DNA of 64,000 nt, taken from the NCBI RefSeq assembly GCF_963921235.1, contig NC_086108.1, forward strand, positions 63,118,001 to 63,182,000, in the 5' to 3' direction. Positions 40,901 through 52,809 of this stretch are shown piece after piece. Position numbers and translations under genes: made by a program. Source of the DNA: Mobula hypostoma (taxonomy: Eukaryota). The notes under the pieces are model-generated. The model did no database searches, had not been told where the DNA came from, and worked only from the letters and a program-made list of their open reading frames with translations. Position 1 is the stretch's first letter, and every line of letters starts with the position of its first letter.

Positions 40901-43900
40901 TTTCAGTGTGAAATTATCTGCTTGCTGAAAGTAAAATATCAAGTGACTCTTGAACTCAAGCTCAAGTTTATTGTCAGAGGCATACACACTCAGCGTACAA
41001 TGCTATGAAAACTAGCTTTTTGCAGCATCAACACAGTAGATTACATATATGACAAACTTGCCTACGTAAACTTAAATTTTACATAAATCCATACGATGCA
41101 AGTGGTTGCATCGACTACCACATTAAAACAACAGCCCAGCATCTCTCATCTAGGAAGGGGATTCTTGTTCTCAATGATAGGAAGGGTGATTGGTAAGTTC
41201 GTGGCCTAGGGTAGGCGTCAATTTCAGAAATCCTAACACACTTATTTTTCAACATAGTCCCCTCCTACATTTACACACTTAGTCCAGCGGTCGTGGAGCA
41301 TATGGATCTTGGACCTCCAGAAAGTGTCCACTTGATAGGTTCATGGCCTAAGGTAGAAGAAGATGAGTTATACAGCTCTCGTTACATGCACATACAGTTC
41401 AACCCTTTGAATGATTATGCAGAAAGTTTGAAGTTAATAACTCATCAGTTAATAATTCATCAGGGGTGATTGATAAGTTTGTGGCCTAAGGTAGAAGGAG
41501 ATGAGTTATTAACTTCAAACTTTCCGCATAATCACTCAAAGAATTGAACTGCATGTGCATATAACGAGAGCTGTATAACTCGTCTTCTTCTATCTTAGGC
41601 CACGAGCTTATCAATCACCCCTCATATGTTGATTATTTTTTCAGCCAAAAGTTGTTCCAGATCTGGGCTGGAAATGTGTGCATGACACATGAGGGCAGAA
41701 TTCTACTCATCTATCAATGTGCCTAAAATATCTCTTCCAGCATTCAGACCTGGCAAAGATGGAGAGATTGCATTTATTTTACATATTTCACATCTCAGTG
41801 TTTTCAGTGTCTGTAAATAGGATCACATCCTCTTTACAGACACTTCAGTAGCTTGGAAGCACAGTCGCTAGTGCAAGTTAGGAGATGTGGCAAATTTGTG
41901 TTGATATTCTGATGACACCATAAAATTAACAGGTCTTCTCACTGAGCAAGAACATGTTCAGTTGTTGAACTAGAAGTCTTGTTTTCTCTTGGTTTACAGT
42001 CACTGAATGATTCTCTTATTGATAACTAGCAACATGAGTGTTGCTTGCTCTTTGTGAGATTCTGGATATTTTTTTCTTCTGACACTGTGGAGCTGCATGA
42101 GTTACCATGATTGGATTCACTGAAGCAGTTTGTTTTTGAGATTCCATCAGTTGTGTCGTGGAATAGTACAAGTCCAGATGATCATAGTGGTTTATTCAAG
42201 TGTTTACAGTTGTGGACAGCACAGTGGTACAACAGGTAGCACTGCTGCTTCCCAGCTCCTGTGTCAGGAGTTGAGTTCTGACCTCTAGTGTTGCACGCTG
42301 CACCATGGATTGAACGGATGGAATGAAGGGAATATCTTTTTTCACTACAAGTAACATTCCAGGGAGGAAAAAGAAGTCTTTATTCTAACACAGGCGACCA
42401 AAAAAGCAAATGTAATATTAGCCTTAATTTCAAAAGGGATTACATCTAGGCTCAGGACGTTAATGCTACAACTGTACAGGCTACTTATGAGGTCACATCT
42501 GGAATACTCAGTGGCTGTTTTATTAGTTATCTCCTGTACGTAATAAAGTGGCAACTGAGTATGTTTGTGGTATTCTGCTGCTGCACACTGTCCACTTCCA
42601 GGTTTAACGTGTTGTGCATTCAGAGATTCTTTTCTGCACACCACTGTGGTAACACGTAGTTATTTGAGTTACTGTTGCCTTCTTGTCAGCTTGAACCAGT
42701 CAGGCTTTTCTCCCGAATCTCTCCCATTACAAGACGTTTTCACCCATGAACTGCCACATACTGGAAATTTTTTGTTTTGCACACCATCACTATTCTCTGT
42801 AACCTCTGGAGACTATTGTGCATGAAAATCCCAGGAGATCAACAGTTTCTGAACTACTCAAAACACCCTTTCTGGCACCAACAATCATTTCACTGTCAAG
42901 GTCACTTAGATCACATTTCTTCCCCATTCTAAACAACAAATAACCCCCTTTACCATGTCTGCATGCCCTTATGCATTGAGTTGTGGTTACATGATTGGCT
43001 GATTAGATATTTCAATTAATGCTTTGAATTGGTGGACTGAACTGTATTCAAGAATTCAACTCCGAATGAGGATGAGTATACTGCAGTTGTTACTGACTTC
43101 ATTAAAAACTGTGTGGATGAGTGTGTGCCTACGAAAACTTGCTGTACATTCCACAGACAAAAAGCTGTGGATGAACCACAGGTATGTCACCTGCTGAGGG
43201 CTAGGTCTGTGGTACTTAAGTCTGGTGACCCAGGTCTGTACAAGAGAATGAGGTATGACTTGCAGAAGGCTATTTCAAGAGCAAAGAGACAATTCTGAGT
43301 GAGGTCAGAGGCGACATCAGATGCAAGACACCTCTGGCAGGATTGCAGGACATTACTTCCTACAAAGCAAAATGCATTAGCTCGAATGGCAGCGATGCTT
43401 CACTATCAGATGAGCTCAATGCCTTCTATGTCTGCTTTGAAGTGGAGAATATAACTACAGCTGTGAAAATCCCTGCTGCACCCGGTGACCCAGTGATCTC
43501 TGTCTTGGAGGCTGACTCAGGCTGTCATAAGGAGTGTCAATCCTCACAAGGCAGCAGGCCCCAATGGAGTACCAGTAAGGCTCTGAAAACTTGTGCCAAC
43601 CAACTGGCAAGAATATTCAAGGACATTTTTAACCTCTCACTGCTATGCTCAGAAGTTCCCACCTGCTTCAAAAAGGTAACAATTATACCAGTGCCTAAGA
43701 AGAGTAGTGTGAGATGCCTTACTGAATATCGCCCAGTAGCAATCACATCTAAAGTGACGAAATGCTTTGAGGCTAGAATGAACTCCAGCCTCAGCAAGGA
43801 CCTGGACCCACTGCAACTTGTCTATTGTCACAATAGGCCTATGGCTGATGCAATCTCAATGGCTCTTCACGTGGCCACCTGAACAATACAAACACCTATG

Positions 43901-45866
43901 TCAGGATGCTGTTCGTTGACTATAGCTCAGTGTTTAACACTGTCATTGCCACAGTCCAGATCAATAAGCTACAGAACCTGGGCCTCTGTACCTCCCTCTG
44001 CATTTGGACCCTTGACTTCCTAACCGGAAGACCACAATCTGTGCAGATTGGTTATAATATCTCCTCGCTGATGATTAACACTGGCGCACCTCAGGGGTGT
44101 GTGCTTAGCCCACCGCTCTACTCTCTCTTTACCCATGACTGTGTGGCTAGTTATAACTCAAATACCATCTATATATTTTCTGATGATACAACCATTGTTG
44201 GCGGAATCAAAGGTGGAGATGAGAGAGCATACAGGAGCGAGATATACCAGCTAGTTGAGTGGTGTCACAGCAACATCCTTGCACTAAATGTCAGTAAGAT
44301 GAAAGAGCTGATTGTGGATTTCAGAAAGGGTAAGACAAGGAAGCACAAACCAATCCTCATAGAGGGATCAGAAATGGAGAGGGTAAGCAATTTCAAGTTC
44401 CTGGGTGTCAAGATCTCTGAAGATCTAACCTGGTCCCAGCATATTAATGCAGCACTAAAGAAGACAAGACATTGGTTGTCTTTCATTAGAAGTTTGAGGA
44501 GATTTGATTTGTCAACTAAAACATGAGAAAACTTATACAGATGTGCCATGGAGAGCATTCTGACAGGCTGTACCACTGTCTGGAACAGAAAGGATGGCTA
44601 TGGCACAGGACAAAAGAAGCTACAGAAAGCTGTAAAATTAGTCAGATCCATGTTGGGTACTAGCCTCTGTAGTATCCAAGACATCTTCGAGGAGCAATGC
44701 CTCAGAAAGGCAACGTCAAATATTAAGGACCCCAATCACCCAGAGCATGCCCTCTTCTCATTGTTACTGTGAGGAAGGAGGTACAGAAGCCTGAAGGCAC
44801 ACACTCAACGATTCAGAAACAGCTTTTTCACCTCTGCCATAAGAGTTCTAAATGGAATTGAACCCATGAACACCACCTCACTTCTTTTTAATATATATTA
44901 TTTGTTTTTGCACTATTTTTAATCTATTCAATATATGTATTTACTGTAATTGATTTACTTTTTTATTCTGTATTATCACTGTATTGCATTGAACTAAGTT
45001 AACAAATTTCACAACACATGCCGGTGATAATAAACCTGATTCTGATTCTGATTCTGATTTTAATGAGCAGGTGTGCAGGTGTACCTAATAAAGTGGCCAC
45101 TGGATCTTCGTATCACCTGCAAACTTGGCCACAGAGCTGACAATTCTGTCATCCAGATCATAAATAGAGGGGTATGATTCAGAACAGAGCAGAAAAACAA
45201 AAAACTTCTGAATGAAAATTTTTTTTTAAACTACCCTTGCTTGAATTTGGAAATAAAAACAGGACACTAGAAACTCACAGTCTGTTGAGCTAAAATTAGA
45301 CCAAGGTGTTGAGGAAGTCTTCACTTAGCTAATTCGGTCTTCTATCAAAATTTACTCAGATAAGAATACAATTTCATTAGAATAACTGGGTGAGAAAAAA
45401 GAAGTGCAATGAAGATACCCAGCTTGGGCTGCCACATGTTTTAAAATATTCTGTTCTAATGACTACATTTTATTAGTAACAGTATGTACATGCTGGAAGA
45501 ATGGCTACTTTCAATCATGTAAGGAAATGTGAAAGAGACATCTATCTAGTATAGTCGGAAAATAGCAAAAAGATGCATTGAAATTACACCAAAAGAAAGC
45601 AATCTTAAAACTGAAACATAATTACTATAGTCATCTATGTAAAATAAGCTCAGCTAAAGAGTATGCTAATGCATTTCATTGAAAAACTGCTAAATAAATT
45701 TGATCATGCACAAAATTGGGATGATTCAGTAAAAATTAGGTGGCTTAGAAAAATAATATCCAGCAGAAATATAATGATGAATCTTGCTACATTATCATTT
45801 TTCAAGAATCACAATTTCTTACCTTTTTTCCTCACTGTTCGGACAAAGGTAATGTTGCCGCAACAT
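22694..45866 (-). CDS. RNF170: RNF170-like E3 ubiquitin ligase gene model, join(45866-45823,38474-38384,32513-32405,25806-25733,24486-24376,22960-22694), 696 nt / 231 aa
   Basis: All introns are GT-AG with compatible phases. The spliced protein has a C3HC4 RING (CPIC-x11-CGHLFCGPC-x15-CPLC), [10 protein letters not shown] and a C-terminal [11 protein letters not shown]...DD hydrophobic region as in RNF170. The first two exons are less certain. Confidence 0.8.
24005..24160. mobile_element. Inverted pair of Penelope-like pseudo-LTR fragments
   Basis: aaatgctggaaatactcagcagg ... gggaatatttccagcattt form inverted arms. Confidence 0.55.
24376..24486 (-). CDS. RNF170: RNF170-like exon ([37 protein letters not shown])
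   Basis: tttacttcag acceptor and gtaagc donor; 111 nt, phase 0 to 0; conserved YNxRFSGQPR. Confidence 0.93.
25168..25350 (+). mobile_element. Degenerate Deu-domain-like SINE
   Basis: ccttggctcag head and gctggcactttagtcaata...cttttcagatgaggtgtcaac, resembling the Deu domain as recalled. Confidence 0.35.
25733..25806 (-). CDS. RNF170: RNF170-like exon, second half of RING ([25 protein letters not shown])
   Basis: ccaacag acceptor and AAG|gtatga donor; 74 nt, phase 1 to 0; not in the ORF track; resembles [24 protein letters not shown]. Confidence 0.93.
27090..27502 (-). mobile_element. Rex1/Babar-like 3' end
   Basis: [24 protein letters not shown]. Confidence 0.8.
27605..29640. mobile_element. 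Rearranged CR1: minus-strand 3' part (27605-28318) + plus-strand RT part (28320-29502) + second plus-strand 3' tail (29503-29640)
   Basis: CR1 ORF2 motifs on both strands; ~135-bp 3' UTR present in inverted orientation at both ends. Confidence 0.9.
30065..30960 (+). mobile_element. Rex1/Babar LINE 3' half, disrupted
   Basis: [32 protein letters not shown]; ctgatt-like tail. Confidence 0.85.
31447..32315 (+). mobile_element. Solo LTR, 869 bp
   Basis: TGTGACA...TGACA termini, 4-bp TSD AAGG (31443-31446, 32316-32319), AATAAA at 32228-32233. Confidence 0.8.
32405..32513 (-). CDS. RNF170: RNF170-like exon, first half of RING ([37 protein letters not shown])
   Basis: Pyrimidine tract with ggcag acceptor and G|gtaggt donor; 109 nt, phase 0 to 1; resembles human RNF170 [22 protein letters not shown] as recalled. 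Confidence 0.93.
32805..33390 (-). mobile_element. Non-autonomous RTE-like retroposon
   Basis: ttttccatctcctagatgagctgccaacc RTE 5'UTR-like motif; shares blocks with the SINE at 13748-14052. Confidence 0.5.
33700..35170 (+). mobile_element. CR1 LINE (RT to 3' end), disrupted
   Basis: [32 protein letters not shown]. Confidence 0.9.
35715..36035 (+). mobile_element. CR1 3' end
   Basis: [20 protein letters not shown]; same subfamily as 46445-46800. Confidence 0.88.
36390..37380 (+). mobile_element. CR1 remnant with internal deletions
   Basis: Degenerate RT and 3' UTR motifs. Confidence 0.8.
37735..38190 (+). mobile_element. CR1 3' fragment
   Basis: cagaggagattcaccaaatgttgcctggg and downstream CR1 3' motifs. 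Confidence 0.75.
38384..38474 (-). CDS. Probable upstream exon ([31 protein letters not shown])
   Basis: tgtgtctttcag acceptor and gtgagt donor; 91 nt, open in phase 2 to 0, which fits the RING exon; non-repeat sequence; no recognisable homology. Confidence 0.6.
38586..39235 (+). mobile_element. Young CR1 3' portion, same subfamily as 132-3029
   Basis: Open 169-aa ORF2 C-terminus, near-identical to 2392-3029; (ggtcttat)n tail. Confidence 0.95.
40335..40725 (-). mobile_element. CR1 3' fragment
   Basis: [23 protein letters not shown]...RVVNLWNS. Confidence 0.85.
41178..41626. mobile_element. Mariner-derived composite MITE
   Basis: TA-flanked TIRs (ggggtgattgataag..gtggcctaaggtag); minus-strand transposase C-terminus [15 protein letters not shown] at 41289-41242; internal extra TIR copies. 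Confidence 0.8.
42214..42293 (+). mobile_element. tRNA-derived SINE head fragment
   Basis: ggacagcacagtggtacaacaggtagcactgctgcttcccagctcc...gagttgagttctgacc. Confidence 0.5.
42505..45102. mobile_element. Tc1-like non-autonomous element (42505-43021, 45060-45102) split by a Rex1 insertion
   Basis: TIRs cagtggc...ttattag / ctaataaagtggccactg; text continues across the insertion. Confidence 0.75.
43022..45059 (+). mobile_element. Rex1/Babar LINE, RT region to 3' tail, disrupted
   Basis: [33 protein letters not shown]; (ctgatt)n tail; apparent TSD ttaatg. Confidence 0.92.
45823..45866 (-). CDS. Possible first coding exon ([15 protein letters not shown])
   Basis: ATG with A at -3, and AAG|gtaaga donor in phase 2 matching the next exon; the frame is also open upstream of the ATG. 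Confidence 0.4.
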
Positions 45867-46444
45867 CCTGGAGTAGGATTGTTGTAGAACAGCAAGCGCA
45901 GAATATCCACAGTTCACTGCAACTACTTAATAATATTCTTCAAAACTTCAATTGACAAATTCTTTCATCTTAATTAAATATTAACAAAAATAACATTAAA
46001 AAAGGCATGGATTAATTTTGCAGGAACTGAATTTCATTCACGTTCCTTGGTTAATGACTGACAGAACATGCAAGATGACGAAGCAGCTCACTGTTCAAAG
46101 ATTAGTTCTAGCCCTGAAGTAGGAGTTAAGGTATTTTGATCATGCGACATTTGACCATTAAACTTCAAGTTAATTGCAGTCCAAGCATTTAAGTTAGTAC
46201 AATTTGCCAGTCATCTATAGACTTTTTAAAAATTAAAACAAAAGTAAATACAGAAAGTAAAAGCCAAAAACACTTTATTTTTGCTATTGGCTTATGAATC
46301 AGTACATAATTTTGAAGAAGTACCCATGAAGTATGAACCTCTCTGGTTTTTGGACAGCTTGTACTGTTGCACTATCAGCTTTGTGAAAAATTTAGCTTAC
46401 CCTCAATTGCTGTCTATTTCAAAACATTGCTGTATTTTTGTAAT

Positions 46445-49400
46445 AACATAGAAACATAGAAAACCTACAGTGCAATACAGAACCTTCAGCCCGCAGAGTT
46501 GTTCCGAACATGTCCTACCTTAGAAATTACTAGGCTTACCTACAGCCCTCTATTTTACTAAGCTCCATGTACCCATCTGAAAGTCCCTTGAAAGACCCTA
46601 TTGTATCTGCCTCCACCACCATTGCTGGCAGCCCATTCCACACACTCACCACTCTCTGGGTAAAAAGCTTACCCCTGACATCTCCTCGGTACCTACTCCC
46701 CAGCACCTTAAACCTGTGTACTCTTGTGGCAACCATTTCAGCCCTGGGAAAAAGCCTCTGACTATCCACACGATCAATGCTTCTCATCATCTTATACACC
46801 ACTATCAGGTCACCTCTCATCCTCCATCACTCCAAGGAGGAAAGGCCAAGTTCACTCAACCTATTCTCATAAGGCATGCTCCCCAAATCCAGGCAACATC
46901 CTTTAAATCTCCTCTGCACCCTCTGTATGGCTTCCACATCCTTCCTGTAGAGAGGCGAACAGAACTGAGCACAATACTCCAAGTGTGATCTGACCAGGGT
47001 CCTATATAGCTGCAACATTACGTCTCAGCTGCTAAGTTCAATTCCACGATTGATGAAGGCCAATACACCATACGCCTTCTTAACCACAGAGTCAACCTGC
47101 GCAGCTGCTTTAAGTGTCCTATGGAATCAGACCCCAAGATCCCTCTGATCCTCCACACTGCCAAGAGTCTTACCATTAATACTATATTCTGAAATGAACC
47201 ACTTCACACTTATCTGGGTTGAACTCCATCTGCCAGTTCTCAGCCCAGTTTTGCATCCTATCAATGTCCCGCTGTAACCTCTGACAGCCCTCCACACTAT
47301 CCACAACACCTCCAACATTTGTGTCATCAGCAAACTTACTAACCCATCCCTCCACTTCCTCATCCAGGTCATTTATAAAAATCATGAAGAGTAAGGGTCC
47401 CAGAACAGATCCCTGAGGCACTCCACTGGTGACCGACCTCCATGCAGAATATGACCCGTCTACAACCACTCTTTGCCTTCTGTGAGCAAGCCAATTCTGG
47501 ATCCACAAAGCAATGTCCCCTTGGATCCCATGCCTCCTTACTTTCTCAATAAGCCTTGCATGGGGTACCTTATCTAATGTCTTGCTGAAATCCGTATACA
47601 CTACATCTACTGCTCTTCCTTCATCAATGTGTTTAGACACATCTACAAAAAATTCAATCAGGCTCATAAGGCATGACCTGCCTTTGAGAAAGCCATGCTG
47701 TCTATTCCCAATCATATTATACCTCTCCAAATGTTCATAAATCCTACCTCTCAGGATCTTCTCCATCAACTTACCAACCACTGAGGTAAGACTCACTGGT
47801 CTATAATTTCCTGGGCTATCTCCACTCCCTTTCTTGAATAAGGGAACAACATCCGCAACCCTCCAGTCCTCCGGAACGTCTCCCATCCCCATTGATGATG
47901 CAAAGATCATCACCAGAGGCTCAGTAATCTCCTCCCTCGCCTCCAACTTTATGCTTTCCAAAAGCTCCAGCGCATCCTCTTTCTTAATATCTACATGCTC
48001 AAGCTTTTCAGTCTGCTGCAAGTCATCACTGCAATCACCAAGATCCTTTACCACAGTGAATACTGAAGTAAAGTATTCATTAAGTACCTCTGCTATTTCC
48101 TCCGGTTCCATACACATTTTCCCACTGTCACACTTGAGAGGTCCTATTCTTTCATGTCTTATCCTCTTGCTCTTCACGTATTTGTTGAATGCCTTGGGTT
48201 TTCCTTAATCCTGCCCTCCAAGGCCTTCTCATGGCCCCTTCTGGCTCTCGTAATTTCCTTCTTAAGCTCCTTCCTATTAGCCTTATAATCTTCTAGATCT
48301 CTAATATTATCTAGCTCTCTGAACCTTTTGTAAGCTTTTCTTTTCTTCTTGACCAGATTTATTACAGCCTTTGTACACTACATTTCCTGTACCCTTCCAT
48401 AACTTCCCTGTCTCACTGGAACGTACCTATGCAGAACTCCACACAAATATCCCCTGAATAGTTGCCACATTTCTTCCGTACTTTTCCCTGAGAACATCTG
48501 TTCCCAATTTAAGCTTCCAAGGTCCTGCCTGATAGCTTCGTAATTCCCCTTACTCCAATTAAATGCTTTTCTAACTTGTCTGTTCCTATCTATCTCCAAT
48601 GTTATTGTAAAGGAGATAGGATTATGATCGCTATCAACAAAATGCTCTCCCTACTGAGAGATCTGACACCTGACCAGGTTCATTTCCCAATACCAAGTCA
48701 AGTACAGTCTCTCCTCTTATCTGCATATTGTGTCAAGAAACCTTCCTGAACACACCTAACAAACTCCACCCTATCTAAACCCCTTGCTCTAGGGAGATAC
48801 CAATCAATATTTGGGAAATTAAAATCTCCCATCACAACAACCCTATTATTATTACACCTTTCCAGGATCTGTTTCCCTATCTGTTCCTCGATATCCCTGT
48901 TACTATTGAGCGGCCTACAAAAGACACCCAGTAAAGTTATTGACCCCTTCCTGGTCCTAACCTCCACCCACAGAGACTCCGTAGACAATCCCTCCATGGC
49001 ATCCACCTTTTCTGCAGCCGTTACACTATCTCTGATCAACAGTGCCACGCCCCCACTTCTTTCGCCTCCCTCCCTGTCCTTTCTGAAACATCGAAAACCT
49101 GGCACTTGAAGTAACCATTCCTGTCCCTGAGCCATCCAAGTCTCTGTTATGGCCACTGCATCATATCTCCAAGTATTGATCCATGCTCTAAGCTCATCCG
49201 CTTTGTTCACGACGTTCCTTGCATTAAAATAGACACATCTCAAACCTTCGGTCTGAGCGCATCCCTTCTCTTTCACCTGCCTATCCTCCCTCTCACACTG
49301 TCTACAAGCTTTCTCTATTTGTGAGCCAACCTCCTCTTCCCCAGTCTCTTCAGTTCGGTTCCCACTCCCCAACAATTCTAGTTTAAACTCCCTTCAGTAG

Positions 49401-49621
49401 CCTTAGCAAACCTCCCCGCCAGAATATTGGTCCCCCTGGGATTCAAGTGCAACCTGTCCTTTTTGTACAGGTCACACCTGCCCCAAAAGAGGTCCCAATG
49501 ATCCAGAAATCTGAATCCCTGCTCCCTGCTCCAATCCCTCAGCCACACATTTATCCTCCACCTCATTCTATTCCTATACTCACTGTCACGTGGCACAGGC
49601 AGTAATCCCGAGATTACTACC
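46445..49621 (-). mobile_element. CR1 LINE with ORF1 C-terminus (SGNH esterase-like), endonuclease and RT, disrupted
   Basis: ORF1 FLDHWDLF...DRLHLNPRG; ORF2 [32 protein letters not shown]; (catagaaa)n tail. Confidence 0.95.
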
Positions 49622-49628
49622 GTTGAGT

Positions 49629-49919
49629 AAACACGAGGAATTCTGCAGATGCTGGAAATTCAAGCAACACACATCAAAGTTGCTGGTGAACGCAGCAGGC
49701 CAGGCAGCACCTCTAGGAAGAGGTACAGTCGACGTTTCAGGCCGAGACCCTTCATCAGGGCTAACTGAAGGGAGAGCTAGTAAGAGATTTGAAAGTGGGA
49801 GGGGGAGGGAGAGATCCAAAATGATAGGAGAAGACAGGAGAGGGAGGGATGGAGCCAAGAGCTGGACAGTATCATGGGACAGGAGGTCCAGGGAAAAGGA
49901 AAAGGGGGAGGGGGGGAAA
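49629..49919 (-). mobile_element. Penelope-like element 3' end / pseudo-LTR
   Basis: CTGATGAagggtctcggcctGAAACGTCgactg...cagcatctgcagaattcctcgtgttt on the minus strand. Confidence 0.85.
49727..49762 (-). ncRNA. Minimal type I hammerhead ribozyme motif
   Basis: CUGAUGA, stem II AGG/CCU, GAAA-C-GUC core; stem I agcc/gacu has one mismatch. Confidence 0.65.
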
Positions 49920-50109
49920 TACTGCTGCCATCCTTTTCCTTTTCCTACCCTTCTGAGCCACAGTTTCTTATTTATTTAAACTTAACATAAAAAGTTTGAA
50001 AAACTGCCCTTGTAATGTATAGATGTATAAAAATTACTGTATAAATATCTATTTAACACTAATAGCAATTTTTAATGCACGCTACCAGCTCTTTGAGCTC
50101 TTTGAGTTT

Positions 50110-50535
50110 GGAATTCGCTGGAATTTAGAAGATTGAGGAGGGATCTGATTGAAACGTATAAAACCCTAAAGGGATTGGACAGGCTAGATGCAGGAAGATT
50201 GTTCCCGATGTTGGGGAAGTCCAGAATGAGGGGTCACAGTTTAAGGATAAAGAGGAAACCTTTTAGAACCGAGATGAGGAAAAACTTCTTCACACAGAGA
50301 GTGGTAAATCTGTAGAATTCTCTGCCACAGGGAACAGTTGAGGCCAGTTCATTGGCTATGTTTAAGAGGGAGTTAGATACGTCTCTTGTGGCTAAAGGGA
50401 TCAGGGGATATGGAGAGAAGGCAGGTACAGGGTTCTGAGTTGAATGATCAGCCATGATCATACTGAATGGTGGTGCAGGCTCGAAGGGCCGAATAGCCTG
50501 CTCCTGCACCTATTTTCTATGTTCCTGTGTTTCTA
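50110..50535 (+). mobile_element. CR1 3' end
   Basis: RRDLIETYKTLKGLDRLDAGRLFP; tttctatg tail. Confidence 0.9.
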
Positions 50536-52704
50536 TGAGCCAGAAAAGGGTTGTGAATTATTAGATTATTAAAATATCTGGTATTCTTTTTACAGTTTCT
50601 GTCTTTTTTTTCCTTTCTATCTTGATCCCAATTTAATTTTTTATATTGCTACTTCTTATCAAATTTAGCACATAGCTCTTCCTCTTCCTCGGGCCTCACC
50701 TTGTCCTCAATTCTTTAATATTATTGTTTAAGGAGATGCATTTTTTCCTTTTTTTTAACTGAGATTTCAAATGCCCTGATGTCTTTACAGTGATCTGCAG
50801 GATCTCCAGCAACTCTGCAGGAAAATCATTTTCAAACTAATGATGTCTAATTTTCAATGTGCCCCATGTGGTACCTACTCTAGCAATTCTGGATAAATTA
50901 CTCTTACAAAAATAAATACTATTAAGGGATTATAATCACAAATTAGAATGCAAGTTGCTTAAACAAGTTGACAAGTCATTAGGCAACAGTTTGATAAATT
51001 TACAGGCATAATGTTACTTCTCTTTCGAAATACCATTTGGCAATAAAAGTTAGGAATCAAGATCAAAGCGGCTGCATTTGTATTAGATAAAAATCAGTAA
51101 TATTTTCAGAGGTTTCATAATGCTTTCTGTTGGTGTATTTCCACTGGTTCTAAGCAAACAAGACATGATCTTGAACCTTTCGTTGAAGGCTACTGAGATT
51201 TATAAAGGCAGTTTAAACAAATATCGTTGGTCATTAACCTACAATCAAAGTTATAAACATCGCTGCTACATACAAAAGAACCTGCAAGTCAATATGAAAA
51301 TGAGACAATTTCTATCGCATTCTTTTTGAAGGCTCACAAAAGGTACTTCGCAAGAAACATTTTATTTAAATGTAATTTCTGAAGTGACAAAGCAATCACC
51401 AAGGGACCAAAACTAAATCAGCTACATTTTTCAGACTTCATTTAAAAATAATCTCGTTGAGGAGATTTTGCAAATTTAAATTTCAAAATGTTGGCAGCTT
51501 CTATACAAATGTAATACTTCGTGTGGTTATCAAACCAATCTGGGCAGTAAGATGTCTTTGCTACATTCTTGTTTTTGAATTTGAGCTTCAAGCTCCAATT
51601 TATATGGAATAATTTAGACAGAAGTGGGGAAAGGGCAGCAGGAACACACAGGGTGTTTGACCTGCCATAGCCTGACTTGTATAGGATCCACATGTGCTGT
51701 GCTTCAAATTCATTGTTATGCAACCAGGGCTAGAAGTAATTCCTTAGGTTTGAAAAGTGTGAAAAAAACTGTGCAAAGCAAAATGAGAGCAAAGATCCTT
51801 GCTTGCCGATATAGTTCAGAAACCCTTGATTGATAAAATGGATTGAAGAAGAAAGGTTCTTCACCCACAAGATCCAAGGAAGGACTCCAGACAAATTGCC
51901 AAGTGACAACGAGAGGTTACTGCTGATGAGCTGCATTACAGGAATGAAGACCCAAAGTGTCAACATATTGGCATTAGGACTGTAATTACTAATGTTCTAT
52001 AAAAGTTCATGTTTTCCTTCCTCTGCTATTGTATGTCTCCATTAGTGAAGTTCTGGATCCTATTTGTCCTTTTAACCACTTTCTCAACCCGTCCTGCCAC
52101 ATTCACCATTCATCCCATATATATCTCCAAATATTATCCCTCATTTATATTTCTTCATTTCATTCTTCTTACCAAAATGGTCCTACTACCCAGCACAGAG
52201 TTGTTAAACAATTACTAAATCAGCCACTCTGTAGTCAGGCCCTGAGAACACAGCCATCTAAATGCACTTTATCTCGTCCTTGTTAATTTGTATGTGGTCC
52301 AAGTAATCACTACTCATTTTCCTCATTTCAAGAAATGTGCATTAAAAATCACCCATTTCCTTTGGTTCCATACATAGCCGGTCATGTTGATCTTTAAGAA
52401 GATCTAATCTCTCCCTAGCCAACCTTTTACTCTTAATATATCTTGCCTCACCTTGCCTGCCAGATCCTTCTCATATCATTTTTGCCCTCCCACCTTGTCA
52501 CTTAAGTGCATTTCTACACTTTTAGTAGGCATCAGGATTCCCAATTGCATATGCTTAGTTTTTGCCTTCCTTGATATCTCTTGCCAACCAGAGTTCTTGA
52601 AAACTACCAGCCTTGCCCTTCGCCCTAACAGGAACCTACAGGCTCTGAATTCTTGATATCATACTTTTAAAAGCCTTTCATTTCACAGATCCTGCATAAT
52701 ATAG

Positions 52705-52706
<2 letters not shown>

Positions 52707-52751
<45 letters not shown>

Positions 52752-52800
52752 CTCTCTATTTCCCTCTCTCTCTATCTCTATCTCTATCTCTATCTCTCTC
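52707..52800. repeat. (CT)n / (CTAT)n microsatellite
   Basis: Direct observation. Confidence 0.95.
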
Positions 52801-52809
52801 TGGCTCTGT

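Noticed and set aside
47182..48177. 331-aa RT ORF, the longest in the window, as a host gene or novel RT system
   Set aside because: It is an ordinary CR1 ORF2 fragment bounded by stops and frameshifts, and it lacks the DKSPGPDG segment seen in sister copies.
49586..49979. ORFs of 90 and 129 aa
   Set aside because: Chance frames through the non-coding Penelope pseudo-LTR.
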